This document shows positions 38,848-48,085 of a stretch of 64,000 bases of DNA, piece by piece; position 1 is the first letter of the stretch; every line of letters starts with the position of its first letter. Below the pieces are notes generated by a model. That model was not told the DNA's origin. It saw only the letters and a list, made by a program, of their open reading frames with translations, and made no database searches. Made by a program: the position numbers and the translations under genes. Origin of the DNA: Candidatus Poribacteria bacterium (GTDB lineage Bacteria > Poribacteria > WGA-4E > PCPOR2b); contig OZ220744.1 of NCBI GenBank assembly GCA_965116925.1, positions 3,072,001 to 3,136,000 of the forward strand. Direction: 5' to 3'.

Positions 38848-39094
38848 GTTTTTGGTTTTTTTACTGATTTTGGAACGACCCGTAGGCGGGGCATCTTGCC
38901 CCACCGTTGCGTTCACCAAGACATCGAGCTACGGAAGAATTATAGTGAATTCTAAAAATAAATAGACACTTTCGCCCCTCACCTGGTAGGCGCTGTTTCC
39001 AACTGCGCCGATTTGGAGTGTTTCATTAATTCTGAGATCTACTATAAATGACCCTATATGCGAAAAACATGGGACGTTAGGGAGGCAGACAAGG

Positions 39095-39955
39095 ATGAAA
39101 CTCGGCGTTATTACCAACGGGATCAGCAGGGACCTTGAGTACGCATTGCAGGCGATGAATAAAGCAGGGCTCAAATATGCCGAACTCCAGTTCCTTTGGG
39201 ACAAGGAGATCGGAGACCAAACCCAAGAAGAGATCCAAAAAATAAAGGATTTGGTTGCACAATATCAAGTAGAGGTCTCTTGTATTTCACGGCACAATTT
39301 CGCCGGACTGCCCATAATGGAAATTGAGCCGGAGGATGCTATCTATCAGGAACATATAGCGGGGCTCCAACGGTGCATCCATATCGCCCAAGCGTTGGGA
39401 ACCCATCTGGTCAGAATCATGAGTTACAGGAAAGAGATGATTATTTTTGGCGCGAATGGTGCCGAGGAGTGGATTGCCAGCACAGGTGCTTGGGATCGGC
39501 TGCTCAAGCTCATGGAAACCCCGATAAAGTTAGCCGAAGAAGAAGGCGTGACCCTCGTTGTTGAAACCGGAAACAATGCGATGATAACATCGGGCGTTCT
39601 AGCGAAGAAACTGATCGACGATCTCGGAAGCGAGCATCTTAAAATCCTGTGGGATATCCCCAATAGCATGTACTGTACAGAAGTACCCTATCCCGACGCC
39701 TACGAACAGATTAAAGATGAAATCGCTCATATCCATCTCAAAGATTGCCAAGCTGACATATCACGTGCAACAGTTCGCTTCTGCCGGCTAGGTGAAGGGA
39801 ATGTCGCCCCATACCTTGAAGGGATCGCCAACGCGCTCGTGCGCGACAACTATCAGGGGAGCATCTCCCTCGAAAGCGTCTACCGACCGGATAACGGGAC
39901 ATTTGAGGATGGATTTTGGGAATGCCTACCCGAATTCAAACGACTTTTTTCATAA
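39095..39955 (+). CDS. Sugar phosphate isomerase/epimerase (TIM barrel)
   Basis: LVVET, LWDIPN, HIHLKD and ISLES metal motifs. Confidence 0.88.
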   Translation: MKLGVITNGISRDLEYALQAMNKAGLKYAELQFLWDKEIGDQTQEEIQKIKDLVAQYQVEVSCISRHNFAGLPIMEIEPEDAIYQEHIAGLQRCIHIAQALGTHLVRIMSYRKEMIIFGANGAEEWIASTGAWDRLLKLMETPIKLAEEEGVTLVVETGNNAMITSGVLAKKLIDDLGSEHLKILWDIPNSMYCTEVPYPDAYEQIKDEIAHIHLKDCQADISRATVRFCRLGEGNVAPYLEGIANALVRDNYQGSISLESVYRPDNGTFEDGFWECLPEFKRLFS

Positions 39956-40190
39956 AGTAGTAGGCACACGCCGTATGCCGTAACCAAAGTAGTAGGCATA
40001 CTCCGTATGCCGTAACACTATAAATAACGACATGACAAGCGAAGGGACAGGAAAACGAGAAGACCAGAAAACGGAGGATTGACCCGTAGGGGTTGGGTTC
40101 CCCAACCCATCGGGGCGACTAAGGTAGTAAGCACACTCCGTATGCCGTAACCAAAGTAGTAAGCATACGCCGTATGTCGTAACCAAAGTC
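39955..40190 (+). repeat. Cluster of GTAG REP hairpins (about 32-bp tandem units)
   Basis: Four AA(A/G)GTAGTA(G/A)GCA(C/T)AC(G/T)CCGTATG(C/T)CGTAAC-like units, plus GTAGGGGTTGGGTTCCCCAACCC. Confidence 0.8.
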
Positions 40191-40226
40191 ATAGACACGC
40201 TCCGTCTCGAAGGACAGAGGTAAAAA

Positions 40227-41297
40227 ATGAAGTCCTATAACGTAGGTATCCTCGGTAACTGTTGCACACACGGCGCAGGCATCTGTAACATATTCAAGAG
40301 CAGATCCGACACCCGTGTTATTGCTGCATACGAAGAAAATCCACGTCGTGCAGAAGAATTACGAGGAATCTTCGGTGCACCGCTATCAAGTTCTTATGAA
40401 GCGGTCATCAATCACCCGGAGGTGGATTTCGTTGCGGTAACCTGCGACCCGTGTGACAAGGCGGATATGGTTGAATCTGCCGCTGCTGCGGGCAAACACA
40501 TTTTTCTTAACAAACCGCTCTGTGAAAGCTTGGACAGTGCACACCGCATCGCTAAAGCTGTCAAAACCCACAACGTCCATTTCGTCCACGACATCCCAAT
40601 GGTACGTTTTATACCAGCCTACGCGAGGCTGCTGGAAGAGGTACAGGCGGGGGTACACGGGGCGGTGATGGGTTATCATCATCTCTTTGGGATGAATTTT
40701 CCGACCGATTTTGATCTGGCGGCTGCATGGCCCGAACGGCTTGACCCACCCCAGAAGTCCGGCGGCGGCGAGATGACCAATATGGGCTGCTATGCCATCG
40801 ACTATGCGGTTTCACTGTTCGGCCGTCCAAAGACCGTCACCGCAAAGTGGCGAAAACTGTGGGACGTTTACGCAGAAGCCGACGTTGAGAACTTCGGGCA
40901 GATTGTTCTTGACTATGGCGATTTTTTCGCTTTTCTTGAGGTGGGTAAACAACAGTTGGTCAAAGACCGTCGTCATAGCAATTCGATGACCATTAACTTT
41001 GAGGGTCAGACGATGTTTATCGACGCGAGCGCACAGGTTGTTACAATCAACCATGTCCCCCAAGATTACGGTCAGTTTATCGAGGGAGCAACTGTCCTCG
41101 GTTCGGTGGAGCAGCTAATTGACGCAATCGAAAACGGTACGCGTCCTACAAGCAACATCGAAACCGCTCTCATCGCTGTTGAAACGTTGATGGCGGCTTA
41201 CCAGTCGGTTCTTGAGGAGCAAACCGTAGCACTGCCGCTATCGTCTGGCGAAAACCCGTTAGTTGTCGCGCAACAGAATTTTTCTCAGACCCGGTAG
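40227..41297 (+). CDS. Gfo/Idh/MocA family oxidoreductase
   Basis: AAAGKHIFLNKPL and SGGGEMTNMGCYAID motifs. Confidence 0.9.
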   Translation: MKSYNVGILGNCCTHGAGICNIFKSRSDTRVIAAYEENPRRAEELRGIFGAPLSSSYEAVINHPEVDFVAVTCDPCDKADMVESAAAAGKHIFLNKPLCESLDSAHRIAKAVKTHNVHFVHDIPMVRFIPAYARLLEEVQAGVHGAVMGYHHLFGMNFPTDFDLAAAWPERLDPPQKSGGGEMTNMGCYAIDYAVSLFGRPKTVTAKWRKLWDVYAEADVENFGQIVLDYGDFFAFLEVGKQQLVKDRRHSNSMTINFEGQTMFIDASAQVVTINHVPQDYGQFIEGATVLGSVEQLIDAIENGTRPTSNIETALIAVETLMAAYQSVLEEQTVALPLSSGENPLVVAQQNFSQTR

Positions 41298-41504
41298 GTA
41301 CGGTTTTCAACCGCACCGGGCATCGCGCGAAAATTACCCAATTAATCTTCATTTAGTTTGCGTGCTCGGATCACAATCTAACAGATCGTGGTACAAAAGA
41401 AAAACTTTGTTGGGTTTTACTCTATCTGTCTATAAGCAGGTGTTGTTGGACGACGGAGTCTCTATTGGATATAAACAATATTTCAAAGAGCAAAGGAGAA
41501 TCAC

Positions 41505-42491
41505 ATGGCAAAAGGAATTTTAGAGCAATTGGCTGACGGCATCGTGCTCGGTGACGGCGGCTACATCGTGGAATTGGAGAGACGCGGCTACGTCGTCGCT
41601 GGCGCGTTCACCCCAGAATTAGCCGTGACCCATCCCGACGCAATTCGGGAGATGCACCGTGAGTTTTTTATGGCAGGTGTGGATGTCCTCCAAGTGATGG
41701 CGTTCTACGGCAGCCGCGAAAAGCTGGAGACGGTCGGCTATGCGGACAGAACGTTTGAGATTAATCGTGCAGCGACCCGCATTGTCAAAGAAGTCGCTGG
41801 CGATCAAGCACTCGTCGCAGGAGATCTGAGCGCGACGTGGAAATGGGAAGCGGACAATCCATCATCGCAGGCTTTAGTCACAGATATGTTTGATGAACAA
41901 ATCGATGCCCAAGAGGGAGTGGACTTCTTCATCGGAGAAACGTTCTGGTATCTCGGTGAGGCGTTGCTGTGCCTTGAACGGCTTAAAGCAAAGACAGATC
42001 TGCCCACGATGATTACCTTAGCGTTTCGTGGCAGCAACCAAACCGACGACGACGTAACAGCGGGAGAATGTGCGAAGCGTCTGACCGACGCAGGGGCGGA
42101 CATTGTGGGTGTCAACTGCATGAGGGATCCCGAACGGACGTACCCCCTCATTGAGGAGATGCGCAACGCCACCGGTGCCTACCTCGCAGCACAACCCGTA
42201 GCGTTTCGATGTTCCGATGAGGTGCCATGGTTCACGGGGACGCCAGCCTTCCCGGACCGCCTTGATCCGACCCAACTCACACGCTACGAGATGGAGGCGT
42301 TCGCGTCCCAAGCGAAGAACATGGGTGTGAACTATATCGGGAGTTGCTGCGGCAGCGGTGCCAGCCATGTCCGCGAGATGGCGCGAGCATTGGACAAGTA
42401 TGACGAACCGGAGGTCTGGCAACCGAATCCCGATGATCCCATGAGTGAAACCGAGTTTAATTGGAAGCGACGGCAGCCGGAGAACGTCTGA
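41505..42491 (+). CDS. Homocysteine S-methyltransferase (betaine-homocysteine methyltransferase-like)
   Basis: LGDGGY..ELERRGYV.AGAFTPE, VGVNC and YIGSCCG Zn ligands. Confidence 0.9.
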   Translation: MAKGILEQLADGIVLGDGGYIVELERRGYVVAGAFTPELAVTHPDAIREMHREFFMAGVDVLQVMAFYGSREKLETVGYADRTFEINRAATRIVKEVAGDQALVAGDLSATWKWEADNPSSQALVTDMFDEQIDAQEGVDFFIGETFWYLGEALLCLERLKAKTDLPTMITLAFRGSNQTDDDVTAGECAKRLTDAGADIVGVNCMRDPERTYPLIEEMRNATGAYLAAQPVAFRCSDEVPWFTGTPAFPDRLDPTQLTRYEMEAFASQAKNMGVNYIGSCCGSGASHVREMARALDKYDEPEVWQPNPDDPMSETEFNWKRRQPENV

Positions 42492-42497
42492 TCTGCC

Positions 42498-42745
42498 GTT
42501 TGGTAGGCACTGTTTCTAACTGCGCCGATGCGGTGCGGTTTTATGAAGTTTAAGTACTTAAATCGGTAATCCCGATTTGCCTCGAAACACACGGTAGGCG
42601 CGGTTGGAAACCGCGCCGGTGTCGATAGCAAATTACCGAACCGTTTTTTTAATCTTCATGAAACCGCACCTACTGTTCTCCCGTTTGGTAGGCGCTGTTT
42701 CTAACTGCGCCTATTCGGTGCGGTTGGAAACCGCACCTACCGGGT
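42498..42745. repeat. REP cluster with element F (42543-42659) in a hairpin loop
   Basis: GGTGCGGTTTT [ATGAAGTTTAAG...TTAATCTTCAT] GAAACCGCACC. Confidence 0.72.
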
Positions 42746-42770
42746 TGGATTGAATAAGGAGGAAATCATT

Positions 42771-44726
42771 ATGGCTGCACCGGAATTTAAGCATCTATTC
42801 ACCCCCCTACAACTCCGCCATGCCACGGTCAAGAACCGTATCGTTACATCGGCACATGCGGATGCGTTGGCGGAAAATGGAATGCCAAAGGAAAAGGCAC
42901 GACGTTACTACGAAGAAAAGGCAAAGGGCGGGGTGGGGCTACTGATGTGTTTCGGCTCGGCAGGGGTGCACCCAACCTCACCGGCGCAGGATTGGAACGG
43001 CGTAGAGTTGTTTGAGGACCGTGTGATTCCGTACCTTGCTGAATTTGCCGACACAATGCACGCTTACGATGTGCCGGTGGTTTCACAGATTACACATCGC
43101 GGACGACGGGGGCGGAGCGTGGATCGGCTGCATCGGATGTATGGTCCCTCTCCTGTCCGCGAACCGAACCACCGCGAAACACCGCACACACTCGATGAGG
43201 AAACGATAACCGAGTTCGTCCAAGCGTTTGCGGATGCAGCGTGGCGATTGAAGCAGGGTAACTTTGACGGCTGCGAAGTGAACGCGAGCCACTGCCATCT
43301 GATTGATCAGTTCTGGACGCAGAACGCAAACCGGCGCACCGACGAATACGGTGGATCACTCCCCAATCGTTTACGTTTCGGGATACGGGTCCTTGAGGCT
43401 ATCCGTGAGCGGTGCGGTGATGATTTCATCATCGGTATTCGTATCACAGGCGATGATTTCACAGAGGGCGGTCTCAACAATTCAATCATGCAAGAGATTG
43501 TGGGAAAACTGGACGCGCTAGAAATCCTCGATTACTTTAGCGTCATCGGGGCGACCGCCGAAACCTTTGTCGGTGAAGCGAAAGCGGTGCCGGACATGAC
43601 CTTCTCACATGCAACATACGCGCCGTTGGCAGCGTCGATTAAGAGAGTAGTGTCCGTGCCGGTCATCACGGCAGGGCGCGTCACACATCCGATGGAAGCG
43701 GAACAGATCGTCGCAAACGAACAGGCGGATCTGGTCATTATGACCCGTGCGATAATCGCTGATCCACAAGCACCGCAAAAGGCGATGGCGGGACAGTTAG
43801 ATGACATCCGGTTGTGTCAAGGCTACAACGAAGGGTGTATCGATCGGATCTACACCGGACGCGGCGTGACGTGCGTACAGAACGCGACGATCGGCAGGGA
43901 GACCGAGTTGGGCGAACTCACACCGGCGGAACAACCTCGCAAAGTGGTGGTGATCGGCGGTGGTCCCGCAGGACTTGAAGCTGCACGCATCGCACGGCGG
44001 CGTGGGCACGAGGTCGTGTTGATGGAAAAGGACAGCGAGTTGGGTGGTCAAACCTTAATCGCTGCCAAAGCCCCACGGCGCGGCGAGTTCTCGGGTGCAA
44101 CGAACTGGATGGGGGAGCAATGCCGAAAAACTGGGGTCGATGTTCGACTCAACTGTGCGGCAACTGTAGAATCAATCCTGAGTGAAAACCCCGATGTCGT
44201 TGTCGTAGCGACCGGGGCACGTCCACTAACGCCGGAAGTACCTGGGGTTGAAAACACAATAGATGCATGGTCTGTCTTGAACGGCGATCTTCCAAAAGGT
44301 GAGCGTATAGCGGTGATTGATGAGGAGTACGGCTTCCAAGGACCCAGTGCTGCGGAGTTACTGCTTGACGCAGGGAAATCTGTGGAGATCATCACAAGCA
44401 TGGAAGCAATCTGCACGCTGCTCGGCGCAACAACGCGCCCGCCAGTCTATCAACGTCTGTTCCACAAAGGGATCGTTATCCACCCGCACCTGCATGTCCG
44501 TGCAATCGAGGATGATACCCTCATCACCGAAAACGCTTGGTCTGAGACAAGGGGGGAGCTGAACGGTTACGACGCTGTAGTCTATGCGTTTGGTGGGCAA
44601 GCGGTCGACAAACTATCTCAGTCGCTCCAAGACGAGGTAACGTGCTTTGTCGTGGGTGATGCCTTCGCACCGCGTACACTCCAACATGCGATTATGGAAG
44701 GGCATACTTTCGCACGGAAAATTTGA
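42771..44726 (+). CDS. NADH:flavin oxidoreductase (OYE/TMADH fold), DgcA/StcD-like N-demethylation flavoprotein
   Basis: KNRIVTSAH, YYEEKAKGGVGL, QITHRGRR, NRRTDEYGGS, CQGYNEGC...C Fe-S region and IGGGPAGLEAA. Confidence 0.88.
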   Translation: MAAPEFKHLFTPLQLRHATVKNRIVTSAHADALAENGMPKEKARRYYEEKAKGGVGLLMCFGSAGVHPTSPAQDWNGVELFEDRVIPYLAEFADTMHAYDVPVVSQITHRGRRGRSVDRLHRMYGPSPVREPNHRETPHTLDEETITEFVQAFADAAWRLKQGNFDGCEVNASHCHLIDQFWTQNANRRTDEYGGSLPNRLRFGIRVLEAIRERCGDDFIIGIRITGDDFTEGGLNNSIMQEIVGKLDALEILDYFSVIGATAETFVGEAKAVPDMTFSHATYAPLAASIKRVVSVPVITAGRVTHPMEAEQIVANEQADLVIMTRAIIADPQAPQKAMAGQLDDIRLCQGYNEGCIDRIYTGRGVTCVQNATIGRETELGELTPAEQPRKVVVIGGGPAGLEAARIARRRGHEVVLMEKDSELGGQTLIAAKAPRRGEFSGATNWMGEQCRKTGVDVRLNCAATVESILSENPDVVVVATGARPLTPEVPGVENTIDAWSVLNGDLPKGERIAVIDEEYGFQGPSAAELLLDAGKSVEIITSMEAICTLLGATTRPPVYQRLFHKGIVIHPHLHVRAIEDDTLITENAWSETRGELNGYDAVVYAFGGQAVDKLSQSLQDEVTCFVVGDAFAPRTLQHAIMEGHTFARKI

Positions 44727-45041
44727 CGGTCTAACGGTGCTTCCCATTCGGATAGCTCCTTCTCAATCGTTACGGAACTTAACTTGAAGTGGCGTAATGC
44801 GTCTATGATACGTTGCACATTCTTGGAATTCATGAAAATACCTGCCTACATAATTGGTGGTGGAGGTGGCCTTCCCCCGGTTCAGGCCACCACTCATCCG
44901 GGAACCAAGGAGATTCAGAAAAACCCAATGAGCGGTCCCAAGACCTCCACCATAATATCTTGAACATAAAAGCCCGAATCGGCAATCAGAATAAAAGTGC
45001 TGCCTATAGTTCACACTGGAACAGTAATATACAAAAAAGAA

Positions 45042-45335
45042 TCATAAACGCCCCTTTCGCCGTTGATACCGTGCTTTGGCTCGATCCCTACACCGCTGGC
45101 AGGATTTATACGGTGTGCCATTGCGCTTGACGCCGGGAATCACACGGTTGCCACAGTAGCATCGACCCTGTTCTTGATATTTCACGCGACGCTGGTTGTA
45201 ACCGACAATACAGTTGTCACAACGTTTGTAACCATGACGCACCATCCGGCCACACCAGCAGCGTCCCTGCGCGTGATACCGACGCTGACGGGCTTGGATT
45301 TGCTTAATGTTTGCACAACGTTTGAATTCGCTCAT
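45042..45335 (-). CDS. Small basic Cys-rich protein with two GRCxCG...CxxC repeats (zinc-finger-like)
   Basis: QGRCWCG...KRCDNC and QGRCYCG...KSCQRC; GGAG upstream; lies downstream of a sigma54 promoter. Confidence 0.72.
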   Translation of the reverse strand: MSEFKRCANIKQIQARQRRYHAQGRCWCGRMVRHGYKRCDNCIVGYNQRRVKYQEQGRCYCGNRVIPGVKRNGTPYKSCQRCRDRAKARYQRRKGRL

Positions 45336-45523
45336 GCAGGTAGATGATCTCCCTAACTGGTAGACAATCTGCCTAAAGACAGAATTCAATTATATAAATG
45401 GAAAACCCTTCCAACCTTCCTTGATCTCGATTTATCGGCCCCATTCCCCGTCCAAGGGGAGCGGCAGGCAACACCGAGGATGGTGAAGTGGACTCCTGCC
45501 GCAGAAAGGGTTACTGGATTAAT

Positions 45524-45540
45524 AGCATAAACTGTGCCAA
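45524..45540 (-). promoter_or_regulatory. Sigma54 promoter
   Basis: Minus strand TTGGCACAGTTTATGCT (GG-N10-GC). IHF-like site at 45580-45593. UAS TGTCGCA-N3-TGCGAC boxes at 45649, 45732 and 45751. Confidence 0.8.
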
Positions 45541-45789
45541 CGCTTGATCGAACGAGAGGGGGAACGCTATAGACTGAGGAAACCCTTTGATAGCCTTGTT
45601 TCTGAAGGATACGAGCGAGCGGATAGCGTGATAGTGGATGATTGAAAATGTCGCAAAATGCGACGGAAGAGATAGGCTAAATGGGAGGATATCGGCAAGG
45701 AAGCCTGTAAGGACGCGGGATGCAGGCAATCTGTCGCATAATACGACGGAATCGCATTTTGCGACAACCGAGAAGCGTTCATTGCCCCA

Positions 45790-45917
45790 GTTTGGTAGGC
45801 GCTGTTTCCAACTGCGCCGATGTGGTCGCGCGTCAAGTTGGTAGGTGCTGTTTCCAACTGCGCCGATGTGGTCGCGCGTCAAGTTGGTAGGCGCTGTTTC
45901 CAACTGCGCCGATGTGG
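45790..45917 (+). repeat. Three tandem 46-bp REP-containing units
   Basis: GTTGGTAGG(C/T)GCTGTTTCCAACTGCGCCGATGTGGTCGCGCGTCAA, third unit partial. Confidence 0.88.
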
Positions 45918-46015
45918 CGTGTCCCATTAATTCTAAGGTCCACTATCTTATTTAGACATCTGCTCGATTATATCGTAAACACTCGACAGAACGCAAGCAT
46001 TCTTGATGTTCGTGG

Positions 46016-46542
46016 TAGGGCTATTTATAGTGAATTCAAAAAATAAAGAAACACTTGCGCCCCCATGTTTGGTAGGCGCTGTTTTCAACTGCGCCGATTT
46101 GGAGTGTCTCATTAATTCTAAAATCTACTATAGTTTTCCGTTTTTTGACCGATTTTGAAATGACCCGAATTCGTAGGCGGCGCAGCCGGTCTCCCCACAG
46201 TTTGTAGTAGCGCAATTCATTGCGCGTTCTTGTGCCAGTTGAACGTCAGCGAAATCCCGCCTGCCTGCTCTCGGCTTGTCGGAGTCCCGATTTATCGGAG
46301 TTGTCAATAGCATCGTTCAGCCGTGTAATCCGTTAATCCGCGTTAATCCGTGATTCAGATGGCTTTGCATCCCGATTTATCGGGGCAATAATATAGGAGA
46401 ATTAAATGACCCTAGTGTTCGTGGGAGGAGCATTTATAGTGAATTCAAAAAATAAAGAAACACTTGCGCCACCCCTGTTTGGTAGGCGCTGTTTATAACT
46501 GCGCCGATTTGGAGTGTCTCATTAATTCTAAGGTCCACTATA
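46016..46542. mobile_element. MITE E (46016-46414) with nested MITE A (46026-46132), plus MITE A (46435-46542)
   Basis: TAGGGCTATTTA...TTAAATGACCCTA, flanked by ATGTTCGTGG / GTGTTCGTGG. Confidence 0.72.
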
Positions 46543-46765
46543 ATTCTCCAACTGTAGATCCTCGTGGGTACAGGTTTCCCAACCTGTACTTGTGGTGTAG
46601 GTTGAAAATAGTAGCTATACTGCTTTGAATCTAGGCGCATTTATGGAGGCGAATCGGAATGAAGTGGAGTCGGGAACACCGTTAGGAAGAGACGTAGGAG
46701 CAGCGTTGCATTGATGCGACAGGGGCAGGAAGGGGTAAAACGGTAACTTTACCCCTCCTAAAAAT

Positions 46766-47097
46766 TTACTTCAGAATAGTTGCCTTACGAGTTTTGCTGA
46801 AAGCATCTGTTGACAGGGTGTAGAAGTAGACACCGCTTGCTACCGGCTCACCGGAGTCATTTGTCCCATCCCAGTAAACTGACTGTGACTTCGTTTCATA
46901 GCTGCCAGCACGCTGACGTCCCAAGTTAATCTGACAGTATCATCGGCGACACTGATGTTACTAATAGATGTCTCAATCGCGATGGACGAGGTAACGGTCA
47001 AGCAGAAGATACTCACAAGCCCGAATAGGAGAGGAAGCAAGTTTTTAACAACTTTGATACCTTTAATTGTTTTTACTCGATTATACTTTCGTGTCAT
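46766..47097 (-). pseudogene. Internally deleted, frameshifted secreted FlgD/T9SS-like-tail gene
   Basis: RBS GGAGG and signal peptide, then in shifted frames GSYETKSQSVYWDGTNDSGEPVASGVYFYTL and FSKTRKATILK*. Confidence 0.8.
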
Positions 47098-47149
47098 TAA
47101 ATCATCCTCCGATGTTTAGTTAAGTTTAAGAAATCCTGCCTGACTATAG

Positions 47150-47166
47150 GGCATAAACCGTGCCAA
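47150..47166 (-). promoter_or_regulatory. Sigma54 promoter, paralogous to 45524-45540
   Basis: Minus strand TTGGCACGGTTTATGCC. IHF-like site at 47217-47230; UAS TGTCGCAAAATACAACG at 47299-47315. Confidence 0.8.
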
Positions 47167-47375
47167 CATTTATATAGAAGATGATTCCTAGCGTTTTTGA
47201 CTGGAATTGACGGCTGAAACCCTTTAATAGACGGATCTTTGAAGGATCTGGGCAAGTGGGTGGGAAGTGATAACCGATGGGGGGCGGATGGTTAGAAATG
47301 TCGCAAAATACAACGATTGGAACGGGTTAAACGGGAAAATATCGGCGGGAAGCCTGTAATGACTAGGTGCAATCC

Positions 47376-47990
47376 ACCCCGGTAGGTGCGGTTTGTAACC
47401 ACACCGGTTTGGCGTGTCTCATTAATTCTAAGGTTCACTATAAATCGGTAATCCCGATTTGCCTCCAAAATATGGTAGGCGCGGTTTGAAACCGCGCCGG
47501 CGTCGCTAGTACACTGTCAGGCAAATTATGATTGTCTATATGGATTGAGACTCATAATACTTCGTAGGGGTCGGGTCACCCGACCCCCTTGTTGATATGC
47601 AAAACTTATATGACTGAGTACTAGGTTCTGTTGACATTTCATTGCAACCAGACCATCAAGAGGGAGCACAAACACATAATCCTGCGTAGGGGTTGGGGCT
47701 CCCAACCCGTTGTTCGCACGTCAGAAACCATTTCCGACTTTTGTACCACGATCTGTTAGATTGTGATCCCACACTACTTAGGAGTTACGCACTTCAGTTT
47801 GTAGTAGCGCAATTCATTGCGCGTTCTTCCCTCCCACTGCTTGCGAGGGGATAGAGGGGGGACGGGCGATGAATCGCCGAACTACAAGGCTTTGACCATT
47901 CAACTGCGTAAGTCCTATACTTATGGCAGATTTTGTACCACGATCTGTTAGATTGTGATCCAACCTGCAAACTAACAGTTCGCGCTACTC
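47376..47990. mobile_element. Cluster of MITE and REP modules (partial A, partial F, B at 47506-47624, C at 47779-47917)
   Basis: Same termini and hairpins as the other copies. Confidence 0.72.
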
Positions 47991-48085
47991 ATGGCAGATT
48001 GTACTTACCCCCAAAACCTAGGCAGCTGAATAAGATAGATTCACTGAGCGGATAGACAATATATTCCATAACCGATGAATTTGGA

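Larger units (their letters stand above)
37928..39056. mobile_element. MITE E shell hosting the IS630 and a MITE A (38941-39046)
   Basis: TAGGGGCATTTA...TAAATGACCCTA, flanked by TATCCGAAA / TATGCGAAA (9-bp TSD with 1 mismatch). Confidence 0.68.

Noticed and set aside
44845..45045. Minus-strand hydrophobic frame with four in-frame TGA codons (possible TGA recoding)
   Set aside because: TGA is used as a normal stop by many genes here and there is no start signal; most likely chance.
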